The translations under genes and the position numbers were made by a program. Below are positions 16,021 through 25,135 of a stretch of 28,555 nt of DNA, in pieces; positions within the stretch are counted from its first letter, which is position 1, and the number at the start of each line of letters is the position of its first letter. This DNA is from Actinomycetota bacterium (GTDB lineage: Bacteria > Actinomycetota > UBA4738 > HRBIN12), in assembly GCA_035641735.1 (NCBI GenBank), contig DASQTT010000121.1, forward strand, positions 1-28,555, read 5' to 3'. The notes under the pieces are model-generated. The model made no database searches. It had not been told where the DNA came from and saw only the letters and a program-made list of their open reading frames with translations.

Positions 16021-18477
16021 GAGCCCGTCGTCACCCTGAGATTCGAGCTCGAAGCGCTCGAGCGGGCCTACTCGCGTGGCCACCACGGGATGTGGGCGGC
16101 GCGCCGGCGCGCCGAGCTGGTGGATGCCGCGCTCACCGAGCTGTTCCGGCGTGCCGGCGCGCCGCCCGGCGTCGCCCTCGCCGCGGCGGGCGGGTACGGC
16201 CGCGGCGGCCTGCTCCCGCGGTCGGACATCGACCTCCTGCTGATCCACGACGGACGGGACCTCGACGTCGTCGCTCCGCTGGCCGACGCTCTGCTGTATC
16301 CGCTGTGGGACGCGGGGTTCGAGGTCGGGCACGCCGTACGGACCGTGGAGGAGTGCGAACGGGCCTGTGAGCGGCTGGACGTCGGCGCCTCGATGCTCGA
16401 CCTCCGTCACCTGGCGGGCGACGAGCGGCTGAGCAGGGACGCCGGCCGGAGGGTCGAGCGATGGGCGCGGTCGGACGTGCCTGCGTTCGTCGCGGCGATC
16501 CGGGACGACGCCGTTCGTCGGGCCGAGCGGTTCGGCTCCACCGCCCATCTCCTCGAGCCCGATCTGAAGGAGGGGTCAGGGGGATGGCGCGATGTGCATT
16601 CGGTCCATCTGATCGAGCGGTCGGTCGGAGCTCGGCTCGAGGACGCGGGGCTCCTTCGCGGCCGCGAGCGCGAGGCACTCACGGCCGCGGAGGAGTTCCT
16701 CGCCCGCGTTCGGAGCGCGCTGCACCTCGAGTCGGGACGTCGAGCGGAGCGGCTCGTCGTCGATCACCAGCCGGCGATCGCTCGCGCGATGGGCTTCGAG
16801 GACGAGCCGCGCTTGGTAGCGATCGACGGCCTGATGCGGGCGTTGTTCGAACACGCGCGACAGGTCGAGTTCTTGCTGGCGGCGGTGATCCGTCGGTCCC
16901 TCGAGCCGGGCACGCCGGCCGTGGAGCCGCCGGCCGACGCGGCCGCGGTGCTCGAGGCGCTCGCGTCCGAGGCCGAGGCCGGACGCGAGCCGCCGGCAAC
17001 GCTGCTGGACGCGATCGACGAGGTCGAGCTCCCGGATCAGATCGACTGGGAACCGCGCGTCCGCGCGGCGTTCCTCCGCCTGGTCCGAGCGGGCAACCGC
17101 GGCGCCGCTTCGCTCGAGGTCCTCGACCGGCTGGAGCTCCTCGAGCGGTTCCTGCCCGTCTGGCGCGAGGTGCGCTGCCGCCCGCAGCGCGACCCCTACC
17201 ACCGGTACACCGTCGACGCGCATCTCACGAACACGCTGAGGGCGATGTCCGGGATCCTCGCCGGCGAGGGCGCCGTGGAGGATCCCGTCCAGGCCGAGGC
17301 GGTGCGCCAGGTCGCCGATCCCGACGCGCTCCTCCTCGGCGCGCTCCTGCACGACATCGGCAAGACCGGCGAGGGGCATCACGTCGTGGTCGGCGAACGG
17401 GTCGCCCGGTCGATCCTCGATCGGATCGGGATCGACGGGGTCTCCGCCGAGCTCGTGCGCTTCCTCGTGAGCCGGCACCTGCTCCTGCCCGACACCGCGA
17501 CGCGACGGGATCTGACCGACGAGAATCTGATCATCGACGTGGCGGCGGACGTCGTCTCCCCCGAGCGGCTGGCCGCGCTCTACCTCCTCACCAAGGCCGA
17601 CGCCGAGGCGACGGGGCCGGCAGCCTGGACGCCGTGGCGCCGAACCCTGATCCGGGAGCTGGTCGCGAAGGTGCAGCACGTGCTCGAACGGGGACAGATG
17701 GGTCCGGAGCTCGCGGGCCGCCTGGCGGAGGGGGTCGACCGGTTGCGCGACCTGCTCCGGAGCGAGCCGCCGGCGGACGTCGAGGCGTTCCTGCGCCGGA
17801 TGCCCCGCGGCTATCTCCTGAGCGTGGAGCCGGAACGCGCGGCCCGACACTTCGTCACGATCGTCCCGCCCCTCGGGGCGAACGAGGTGCGAGCGGTCCA
17901 GCACGAAGGCGGCCGCGCCGGGACGTACGAGCTCCTGGTCGTCGCCCAGGACCGCCCCGGCCTGCTCTCGTGGATCGCGGGTTCGCTCGCGCTGGCCGGG
18001 CTCTCGATCCTGACGGCGCAGGTCTTCACGACCGACGATGGCGCGGCGGTCGACGTCTTCGAGGTCGAGGGCGTCTGGGAGCGCGACGTGGTCGAGCGCC
18101 GCTGGCGAGCGTTCCGCGGAACGCTCCGCCGAGCGATCGACGGCACGCTCTCGCTCGAGCACCGCGTCGACGAGAAGCGCCGCTGGTATCCGGCTCCTTC
18201 CCTCGACACGCCGTTGAGCGTCAACGTGGACGACGGCGCGTCGGATTTCGCGACCGTGATCGAGGTCGGCGCGGCCGACCGGATCGGGCTCCTCTACGAC
18301 ATCACCCGGACCCTGGCCGAGCTGGACCTCGACGTGCACGTGGCGAAGGTCGCCACGTACGACGGCCGGGTCGTCGACTCCTTCTATGTCCGGGGTCCGG
18401 GAAGCAGGAGCACGATCGACGACCCGGCGCTGGCGTCACGCCTGGAGGAGGCGCTCCGCGCCCGGCTCACGCGGTAG
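15949..18477 (+). CDS. glnD: P-II nucleotidyltransferase (NTase-HD-ACT-ACT)
   Basis: GGYGRG.L.PRSDIDL, EPDLKEGSGG.RD, YHRYTVD.H, LLHDIGK, DRPGLL, EV.AADRIGLLYDI, VDSFYV. Confidence 0.93.
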   Translation: MDEGSGGSRSERDQRERGPRQKGPEPVVTLRFELEALERAYSRGHHGMWAARRRAELVDAALTELFRRAGAPPGVALAAAGGYGRGGLLPRSDIDLLLIHDGRDLDVVAPLADALLYPLWDAGFEVGHAVRTVEECERACERLDVGASMLDLRHLAGDERLSRDAGRRVERWARSDVPAFVAAIRDDAVRRAERFGSTAHLLEPDLKEGSGGWRDVHSVHLIERSVGARLEDAGLLRGREREALTAAEEFLARVRSALHLESGRRAERLVVDHQPAIARAMGFEDEPRLVAIDGLMRALFEHARQVEFLLAAVIRRSLEPGTPAVEPPADAAAVLEALASEAEAGREPPATLLDAIDEVELPDQIDWEPRVRAAFLRLVRAGNRGAASLEVLDRLELLERFLPVWREVRCRPQRDPYHRYTVDAHLTNTLRAMSGILAGEGAVEDPVQAEAVRQVADPDALLLGALLHDIGKTGEGHHVVVGERVARSILDRIGIDGVSAELVRFLVSRHLLLPDTATRRDLTDENLIIDVAADVVSPERLAALYLLTKADAEATGPAAWTPWRRTLIRELVAKVQHVLERGQMGPELAGRLAEGVDRLRDLLRSEPPADVEAFLRRMPRGYLLSVEPERAARHFVTIVPPLGANEVRAVQHEGGRAGTYELLVVAQDRPGLLSWIAGSLALAGLSILTAQVFTTDDGAAVDVFEVEGVWERDVVERRWRAFRGTLRRAIDGTLSLEHRVDEKRRWYPAPSLDTPLSVNVDDGASDFATVIEVGAADRIGLLYDITRTLAELDLDVHVAKVATYDGRVVDSFYVRGPGSRSTIDDPALASRLEEALRARLTR

Positions 18478-18504
18478 ACGACGAGACGAGGAGCTGGCGG
18501 AAGG

Positions 18505-19233
18505 TCACGCCCGACCAGTAGGCACCTGCAACGCGGCCGCGAGCCGCTTCGCCATCTTCGGTCCTGCGGCATCCTCCTCGTGCTTGAAATAGCAGAAGAC
18601 ATCAGCGCCGGAGTCGAGCGCCGGCCCGATCCGGCCGGCCCAGTCCGCGAGCTCCTCGTCCGTGTACTCGCTCTTGCGCAGGCGGAGGTAGCCGACCGGT
18701 TCCCACGAAAGGTCGTCGGGTCCCGGGTCCTTCTCGTCCGTCTCGGCCACGCACCACGCCACCCCTTGGGACCTGAGGAGTTCCCTCGCCTCCACCCAGG
18801 ACGGGTGGCGGAATTCCATCGCGAACCGCCGACCCGGCGGGAGGTATCCGACGAAGGCCTCGATCAGTGAACGGTCGTAGTGGAGGGTCGGCGGGCACTG
18901 GAACAGGACGCATCCGAGCTTGTCCCCGAGGAGCTCGGCGAGCTTCAGGAAGTCGCGGACGTCCTCGTCGGTGTCGGCCAACCGCTTGAAGTGGGTGATC
19001 CGCTGGTTCGCCTTCAGCGTGAAGGTGAAGCCCTCGGCCGCCTGTTCCCGCCACGTCGTCAGGGACTTCTCCGTGGGGAAGCGCCGGAACGTGTAGTTGA
19101 TCTCCACCGACGACAGTTGGCCGGAGTAGTAGGACAGCATCTCCCGGTTCTTCAGGCCCACCGGGTAGAAGACGCCGTGCTTCCAGCCGTCGAAGGAGAA
19201 CCCGGAGGTGCCGAGATGGAGGCGGCCGCCCAT
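18505..19233 (-). CDS. DUF72 (UPF0759/YecE-like) TIM-barrel protein
   Basis: LGTSGFS...W...FYP, SVEINYTF.R.P, FTLKA...ITH..RL, LFQCPP, AMEFRH.SW, YLRL, YFKH. Confidence 0.9.
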   Translation of the reverse strand: MGGRLHLGTSGFSFDGWKHGVFYPVGLKNREMLSYYSGQLSSVEINYTFRRFPTEKSLTTWREQAAEGFTFTLKANQRITHFKRLADTDEDVRDFLKLAELLGDKLGCVLFQCPPTLHYDRSLIEAFVGYLPPGRRFAMEFRHPSWVEARELLRSQGVAWCVAETDEKDPGPDDLSWEPVGYLRLRKSEYTDEELADWAGRIGPALDSGADVFCYFKHEEDAAGPKMAKRLAAALQVPTGRA

Positions 19234-19253
19234 CGCGTGCATCATGGCATGCG

Positions 19254-19922
19254 ATGACGGGACCGGAGGAGTCGCTGCGGATCGACACGGCGAAAGGGCC
19301 CGTGTCGGCCCGGTACGCTCCGGCGTCCTCGCCGTCGCCGACGATCGTCGTGGCGCACGGCGCCGGCGCCGGCATGGACCACCCGTTCATCGCCGGCTTC
19401 GCGCGGGCCTGCGTCGACGAGGGGCTCGCGTCGCTCCGCTTCAACTTCCCCTACCTCGAGGCCGGCCGCCGGAGCCCGGATCCGGAGGCCGTATTGCGGG
19501 ACGCGTGGCGCGCGGCGTTCCACATGGCCGATGATCGTGCCGACGGGCAGCCCGTCTGGGCGAGCGGGAAGTCCCTCGGGGGCCGGATCGCGTCGATGGC
19601 CACCGCCGACAGCGAGGTGCCGGCAGCCGGGCTCGTGTTCCTCGGGTATCCGCTCCATCCGCCTGGCAAGCCGGAGCGGATCCGTGACGAGCACCTGTAC
19701 CGGATCGACGTCCCGATGCTGTTCTTGCAGGGCACGTCGGATCCGTTCGCGTCCCCGGAGCTGCTGGGCAAGGTGGTCGCGAAGCTGGGCTCGCTCGCGG
19801 AGCTCGTCCGCTTCGAGGGAGCCGGCCACTCCTTCGAGGTCCGCGGGCGGAAGCGAGACCCGCGCGAGGTGGGAGCCTCGCTCGCCCCCACCGCGGCCGC
19901 CTTCATCCGGGAGCGGAGCTGA
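19254..19922 (+). CDS. Alpha/beta hydrolase (KANL3/Tex30-like)
   Basis: AHGAGAGMDHPF, FNFPY, GKSLGGR nucleophile elbow, GYPLHPPGKP, QGTSDPF, GHSF. Confidence 0.9.
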   Translation: MTGPEESLRIDTAKGPVSARYAPASSPSPTIVVAHGAGAGMDHPFIAGFARACVDEGLASLRFNFPYLEAGRRSPDPEAVLRDAWRAAFHMADDRADGQPVWASGKSLGGRIASMATADSEVPAAGLVFLGYPLHPPGKPERIRDEHLYRIDVPMLFLQGTSDPFASPELLGKVVAKLGSLAELVRFEGAGHSFEVRGRKRDPREVGASLAPTAAAFIRERS

Positions 19923-20209
19923 TGCCCAGGAGGAACCGGCGCGACCCGGCGTTCGCCCAGGCCCAGCCCGCGCCGCGAGCCCGCTCGGCGGCGCCGGATT
20001 GGGCCGAGCTCCGGGGATACGACGTCCGACACGTCGGCGGGGAGAAGGAGTACCGATGCCCGGGATGTGACCACCCCATCCGAGCGGGGATCTGGCATCT
20101 CGTGGTCGTTCCCGCGGATGCGCCCGACGACCGGCGCCACTGGCACACCGAGTGCTGGCGCCGGGAGCTCCGGCGGATCGGCGCGTATCGCCCCCCTGCT
20201 CCCGAGTGA
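19922..20209 (+). CDS. Small actinobacterial zinc-binding protein (Rv1322-like)
   Basis: MPRRNRR...KEYRCPGCDHPIRAG.WHLVVVP....DDRRHWHTECW. Coupled to the upstream gene by a TGATG overlap. Confidence 0.8.
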   Translation: MPRRNRRDPAFAQAQPAPRARSAAPDWAELRGYDVRHVGGEKEYRCPGCDHPIRAGIWHLVVVPADAPDDRRHWHTECWRRELRRIGAYRPPAPE

Positions 20210-20238
20210 CGTCGGTCCGTGAGGCTATCGTGGCCGAG

Positions 20239-20385
20239 ATGGATGCGCCTGCAGCCGCCCGATGCATCCCCCTGACCGAGTCGAAGCGGCTTCCGTGTGA
20301 CGCGTGCGGCGCTCCCATGGAGCCCGAGCACGCTCACTACCGGTGCCCGTCGTGCGGATACATCCTCCCGTGCTGCGGCTGGTAG
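20239..20385 (+). CDS. 48-aa zinc-finger microprotein (CPxCG-type)
   Basis: CDACG.PM...HAHYRCPSCGY..PCCGW. TATCGT -10 hexamer 7 nt before the ATG. Confidence 0.7.
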   Translation: MDAPAAARCIPLTESKRLPCDACGAPMEPEHAHYRCPSCGYILPCCGW

Positions 20386-20462
20386 CCGCCCCTCCGATCC
20401 GGTAAGCCGTCGACCCTCCAGCAGTGAGACGGCGTCATACCTTCGCGCTACCATCCCGTTCC

Positions 20463-20852
20463 GTGGAGCAAGAGGCGCCGGCCCGAGCGCGAGTGTGGGA
20501 GACGGGAGGTCGCTGGTTCGCGCACGTCCTCGACGTTCCGGCCTACATCGAGGTGACGGCCACGAGCCGGAGCGGATGCATCGAGGAGCTGCGTCGGGTC
20601 ACCGGCGACGACGTCGATCTGATCCTGGAGGTCATCCCGGCGGTTGCCGGCGTCGCCGAGGCCGCGGAGATCATGGGCTGGGACAAGCGCCGCGTGATCA
20701 CGTACATCGACCGCGGCTCGTTCCCGGAGCCGATCACCTCGCTCGCCTCCGGCCGGATCTGGCTGCGCGAGGACGTCGAGGAGTTCGCGCGCGTGTGGCG
20801 CGAGACGCACCCGCGTCCGGCGGCGAAGAAGGGGGTGCGCGCGCCCGCGTGA
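20463..20852 (+). CDS. Putative regulator: HicB-like N-terminal module plus AlpA/excisionase-type HTH
   Basis: RVWETGGRWFAHVLDVP...TATSRSGCIEEL, followed by GVAEAAEIMGWDKRRVITYIDRGSFPEPI..LASGRIWLREDVEEF. GTG 8 nt after TACCAT. Confidence 0.7.
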   Translation: MEQEAPARARVWETGGRWFAHVLDVPAYIEVTATSRSGCIEELRRVTGDDVDLILEVIPAVAGVAEAAEIMGWDKRRVITYIDRGSFPEPITSLASGRIWLREDVEEFARVWRETHPRPAAKKGVRAPA

Positions 20853-21526
20853 CCGGCCGCGTCCTGTACCTGATCCGGCACGGTCGTTCCGACTTCGATC
20901 GCCTCGAAGATCGATTCGCGGGTGCGAGGGGCGAGCAATGGGATCCGCCGCTCTCGGAGGAGGGCCGGCGACAGGCGGAGCTCCTGGCCGCGCGGCTGCT
21001 CGTGATGGACCTCGAGCCCTTCGTCGTGTACTCCTCGCCGCTCCGTCGCGCGACCGAGACGGCCGGCGCGTTCGCCGAGCGAGCGGGGATCGAGGTCTCA
21101 CTCGAGGACGACCTGATGGAGGCGCACATCGGCGGCTGGGAGGGCATGCCGTTCGAGCAGCTCGTCGAGACGGATCCCGACATCGTCCACCACCTCCGGA
21201 ACCAGCGCGCGATCTGGCATCGAGCTCCCGACGCCGAGCGAGAGGACCGGTTCCGAGCGCGGGTGCGCGATGCGGTGGAGGATCTCCTCTCGCGGCACAC
21301 CGACGTCAACGTCGTGTGCTTCGTGCACGGGGGTGTGATCAACGCCTACTGCGGCGAGGTCCTGGGACTCGCGCAAGAGATGTTCTTCCTGCCGGAGAAC
21401 ACGAGCGTGAACAGCATCCAGATCGATGGGGAGCTGCGGCGGGTTCGGTTCCTCAACGACGTGCTGCACCTGACCGATCCGCATTTCTTCCGCGACGGTC
21501 CCCCCTATACTCCGTCGGACCCGTAG
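20849..21526 (+). CDS. Histidine phosphatase (phosphoglycerate mutase) family protein
   Basis: LIRHG, PLSEEG..QA, SSPLRRA.ETA, LME...G.WEG, HGGVIN. GTGA overlap with the upstream gene. Confidence 0.9.
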   Translation: MTGRVLYLIRHGRSDFDRLEDRFAGARGEQWDPPLSEEGRRQAELLAARLLVMDLEPFVVYSSPLRRATETAGAFAERAGIEVSLEDDLMEAHIGGWEGMPFEQLVETDPDIVHHLRNQRAIWHRAPDAEREDRFRARVRDAVEDLLSRHTDVNVVCFVHGGVINAYCGEVLGLAQEMFFLPENTSVNSIQIDGELRRVRFLNDVLHLTDPHFFRDGPPYTPSDP

Positions 21527-21561
21527 CCCCCGAACGACGTCGACGCGCGGAGGTCATGGAC

Positions 21562-21945
21562 GTGGCGGTCAAGTTCCTTTCCGAACCCTGGGCCGAAGCG
21601 CTGAAGACCGAGCTGAACGCCAGCGAGGACTTCCAGCGTGCGGCCGCCGGCCAGCGAGCCACGATCCAGCAGGTGATCACCGACGCTGGGGGTGAGACGC
21701 ATTACTGGATCTCGATCGCGGAGGGTCGGATCGACCTGGGCGTCGGCGACGTCGACGCGCCCGACGCCACGATCACCCAGAGCTACGACTCCGCCGCGGC
21801 CCTCGCGAGGGGGGAGCTCAACCCGGTGACGGCGTTCATGACGGGCAAGCTGAAGATCGCCGGCAACATGGGCATGATCCTTGGCCTGCAGGGCGCGCTT
21901 GCCCAGCTCCCCGCCGCGATGGCGAAGATCGACGTCGAGTACTAG
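21562..21945 (+). CDS. SCP2 sterol/lipid-binding domain protein
   Basis: MAVKFLSEPW...PDATIT..Y..A....RGELNPVTAFMTGKLKIAGNM. GGAGG SD 8 nt before the GTG (alternative ATG at 21556). Confidence 0.88.
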   Translation: MAVKFLSEPWAEALKTELNASEDFQRAAAGQRATIQQVITDAGGETHYWISIAEGRIDLGVGDVDAPDATITQSYDSAAALARGELNPVTAFMTGKLKIAGNMGMILGLQGALAQLPAAMAKIDVEY

Positions 21946-22358
21946 GCGTCGCGTCCGCGGACGGAGAACCGTGACTGCGCCCGGGCCAGCAGCTTCCCGT
22001 CCGCGTCCTCGATCGAGGCCTCGGCGAAGGCCAGCGATCGTCCGATCTTGACGGCCCGGCCACGACCCGAGAGCACGCCGGGGCGCGCCGGCGCCAGGAA
22101 GTGGATGTCGAGGTCGGACGTGATGTGGAGGCGTCCCGGCTCGATCGCCGAGCGGATCGACAGCCCGCACGCGGTGTCGGCGAGGATCGCGAGCATCCCG
22201 CCGTGGACGAGCCCCTGCAGGTTCACGTGCTGCTCCGTCACCGTCATCGAGACCGTGACCGAGCCGGAACGGGCGTCCACGACCTCGATCCCCGCCCAGG
22301 AGTGGAAGGTTGACCGGGCGACGGTCGTTCGGAGCGTCTGCAACAGGTCTTCGTCCAT
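21942..22358 (-). CDS. PaaI-family (hotdog) thioesterase
   Basis: HVNLQGLVHGGMLAILADTACG, TSDLDIHFLAPA, KIGRSLAFAEA. Confidence 0.9.
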   Translation of the reverse strand: MDEDLLQTLRTTVARSTFHSWAGIEVVDARSGSVTVSMTVTEQHVNLQGLVHGGMLAILADTACGLSIRSAIEPGRLHITSDLDIHFLAPARPGVLSGRGRAVKIGRSLAFAEASIEDADGKLLARAQSRFSVRGRDA

Positions 22359-22484
22359 CCCTCGGGCTCCTCGTGCCGTAGTTTCCCATGGGCCTCCGTT
22401 CGCCGGTCGTTTGACGGACGGACGCCCACGCTCGGAGAATCCGTGTGATCGGGCCGTCGGCCCGAGGCAAGCAGAGGAGGGAGC

Positions 22485-23576
22485 ATGCCCAAGTGGTTTC
22501 GGACGTTCCTCGTGCCCATGGCCCTGCTGGCGCTCGTCGCGGCGGCCTGCGGCGAGGAGGACGGCGACGTACCGCCGGCTAACGGCGACGAGGTCGAGTG
22601 CAACGCGGATCTGAACGTCGGTGTCGCCTACGACGTCGGCGGCAGAGGCGACAAGTCCTTCAACGATGCCGCGACCGCCGGCGTCACCGCCGCGGTCGAC
22701 GAGGGCCTCGTGTGTGAGGAGAACGTCACCTACATCGAGCCGGATGCGACGGGATCGAACCGCGACGAGAACGTCCTCGCGCTGGCTGAGGACGGGAACG
22801 AGCTCGTCGTCGCGGTCGGGTTCGCCTTCTCGGAGGGGATCAACGAGACCGCGGGCGACTTCCCCGACACCCACTTCGCCATCATCGACGGCTTCGCGAC
22901 CTGCGGCACCGTGTGCGGACTCGCGAACGACGACCTCACGAACGTCACCGACCTCACGTTCAAGGAGCACGAGGGCTCGTTCCTGGTCGGGGCGGTCGCC
23001 GCGATCCAGGCGGGGAAGGACGGCTGCGATACCGTCGGCTTCCTGGGCGGCCAGACCGGCCCGCTGATCGAGAAGTTCGAGGCCGGCTACATCGCCGGTG
23101 TGGCGCACATCGACGAAAGCATCGAGGTCCTGTCCGAGTACATCGGGCCGGACGTGACGGCGTTCAACGACGCGGTGCGCGGCGAGGCGCTGTCCACCGA
23201 CATGTACGACGCCGGTGCGTGCATCATCTACCACGCGGCCGGCGCGTCGGGCGCCGGACTCTTCAACGCCGCGGTCGAGGCCGATCAGCTCGCGATCGGC
23301 GTCGACTCGGATCAGTACCTTCTGGTGAGCCCGGAGCAGCAGCCGCACATCCTCACCTCGATGCTGAAGCGCGTGGACACCGCGGCGCACGACGCGATCC
23401 AGCAGGAGGGCGACGGCACGATCGAGCCGGGCGCCCAGGTGTTCGGCATGGAGGAGGGCGGCGTCGACTATTCGAAGAGCAACACGGACCTGATGACCGA
23501 GGACATCACCTCGGAGGTCGACGAGCTGAAGCAGATGATCATCGACGGCGAGATCACCGTCCCGGAGACGCCGTAA
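22485..23576 (+). CDS. BMP-family ABC substrate-binding lipoprotein (nucleoside type)
   Basis: Lipobox LVAAAC, DVGGRGDKSFND, VGFAF, FKEHEGSFLVG, IGVDSDQ, TSMLKRVD. Confidence 0.92.
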   Translation: MPKWFRTFLVPMALLALVAAACGEEDGDVPPANGDEVECNADLNVGVAYDVGGRGDKSFNDAATAGVTAAVDEGLVCEENVTYIEPDATGSNRDENVLALAEDGNELVVAVGFAFSEGINETAGDFPDTHFAIIDGFATCGTVCGLANDDLTNVTDLTFKEHEGSFLVGAVAAIQAGKDGCDTVGFLGGQTGPLIEKFEAGYIAGVAHIDESIEVLSEYIGPDVTAFNDAVRGEALSTDMYDAGACIIYHAAGASGAGLFNAAVEADQLAIGVDSDQYLLVSPEQQPHILTSMLKRVDTAAHDAIQQEGDGTIEPGAQVFGMEEGGVDYSKSNTDLMTEDITSEVDELKQMIIDGEITVPETP

Positions 23577-23599
23577 GCGATCCGGAGGGACATCGCCCG

Positions 23600-25135
23600 A
23601 TGAGCGACGAACGAGGGGCGGGGCGCGAGAGCGCCCCGCCCCTCGTCATGATGGAGCAGATCACGAAGCGGTTCCCGGGCGTCGTCGCGAACGACGACGT
23701 GTCGATCGACCTGCGACCCGGCGAAGTTCACGCCCTGATCGGCGAGAACGGCGCCGGGAAGTCCACGTTGATGCGCGTCCTCTACGGGATGTATCCGGCG
23801 GACGCCGGCCGGATCCTCGTCAAGGGCCAGCAGGTCAAGATCTCGTCGCCGCGCGTCGCGATCGCGCACGGGATCGGGATGGTGCATCAGCACTTCGTGC
23901 TGGTCGACCCGTTCACGGTGACGGAGAACGTGATCCTGGGCGAGGAGGGCGGCTTCGTCCTGGACATCGAGTCCTCCCACGAGAAGGTCGCCGAGCTGGC
24001 CGAGGCGTACGGGTTCCGGGTCCGTCCGAGCGCGGTCGTCGAGGATCTCTCGGTCGGCGAGGAGCAGCGGGTCGAGATCCTGAAGGCGCTCTACCGAGGC
24101 GTCGACATCCTGATCCTCGACGAGCCCACGGCGGTGCTCACGCCCGGAGAGACGAAGGAGCTGTTCGGCAACCTCCGGAAGCTGCGCGAGGCCGGGAAGT
24201 CGATCGTGTTCATCAGCCACAAGCTCGAGGAGGTCCTCGAGATCGCCGACCGCATCACCGTGCTGCGCCGTGGGCGCGTCGTCGGCGAGACCGAGCCCGC
24301 GGCCACGTCGAAGGCGAAGCTCGCCGAGATGATGGTCGGGCGCCCGGTCCTGTTCCGGCTGGACAAACCCGAGGTCGAGGTCGGGGCGCCCGTGTTGGTC
24401 GCCGAGGGCTTGCTGGCGGCCGGGCAGTTGAACGGGCTCAGTTTGGAGGTGCGCGCCGGAGAGATCCTGGGCGTCGCCGGCGTCGAGGGGAACGGGCAAC
24501 GCGAGCTGGCCGAGGCGCTGATGTGCCTCCGGCCGCTGACGTCGGGCTCGATCCGCCTCGGGGACGTCGAGATCACTGGTTGGCACGTGGACGACATCCG
24601 CGACGCCGGCGTCGCGTACATCCCCGAGGATCGCCACGAGCAGGGCCTCGTGCTGGACATGTCGCTCTGGGAGAACGCGATCCTCGGCCGTCACGACGAC
24701 CGCGAGTTCCTCCGGCTCGGCCGGCTCTTCCTGATGATCGCGAAGATCAAGGAGCTCGCGAAGCGACTCATCGGGCGCTTCGACGTCCGGACGCGGTCGA
24801 TCAACGTCACGGCGGGCACGCTCTCGGGCGGCAACCAGCAGAAGCTGATCCTCGCCCGCGAGCTCGACTCGGATCCGAGGCTCCTGATCGCCTCCCAGCC
24901 CACGAGGGGGCTCGACGTTGGCGCGATCGAGTTCGTCTGGCGCCAGCTCCTCGCGCAGAAGGCTGCCGGCCGGGCCGTGCTCCTGATCTCGGCCGAGCTC
25001 GACGAGATCTACGCGCTCGCCGACCGCATCGTGACGCTGTACGAGGGCCAGATCACCGGGGAGTACGCGCCGGACGCGGCACCGGAGGAGATCGGCGTCG
25101 GGATGCTCGGGGGCCGGCTGGAGACCGCGAGCTGA
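23600..25135 (+). CDS. Nucleoside/sugar ABC transporter ATPase (tandem NBD)
   Basis: GENGAGKSTLM, HQHF.LV, LSVGEEQRVEILKAL, LDEPTAVL, LSGGNQQK, QPTRGLDVGA. GGAGGGA SD. Confidence 0.94.
   Translation: MSDERGAGRESAPPLVMMEQITKRFPGVVANDDVSIDLRPGEVHALIGENGAGKSTLMRVLYGMYPADAGRILVKGQQVKISSPRVAIAHGIGMVHQHFVLVDPFTVTENVILGEEGGFVLDIESSHEKVAELAEAYGFRVRPSAVVEDLSVGEEQRVEILKALYRGVDILILDEPTAVLTPGETKELFGNLRKLREAGKSIVFISHKLEEVLEIADRITVLRRGRVVGETEPAATSKAKLAEMMVGRPVLFRLDKPEVEVGAPVLVAEGLLAAGQLNGLSLEVRAGEILGVAGVEGNGQRELAEALMCLRPLTSGSIRLGDVEITGWHVDDIRDAGVAYIPEDRHEQGLVLDMSLWENAILGRHDDREFLRLGRLFLMIAKIKELAKRLIGRFDVRTRSINVTAGTLSGGNQQKLILARELDSDPRLLIASQPTRGLDVGAIEFVWRQLLAQKAAGRAVLLISAELDEIYALADRIVTLYEGQITGEYAPDAAPEEIGVGMLGGRLETAS
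23611..23646 (+). other. Perfect 16-bp stem with a GAGA tetraloop at the start of the ATPase gene
   Basis: ACGAGGGGCGGGGCGC-GAGA-GCGCCCCGCCCCTCGT. Confidence 0.85.

Noticed and set aside
22412-22484. Possible purine or other riboswitch before the nucleoside ABC operon
   Set aside because: The leader after TTGACG-N18-GAGAAT is only about 35-40 nt with one 7-bp hairpin (22449-22465), and lacks purine-aptamer core sequences.
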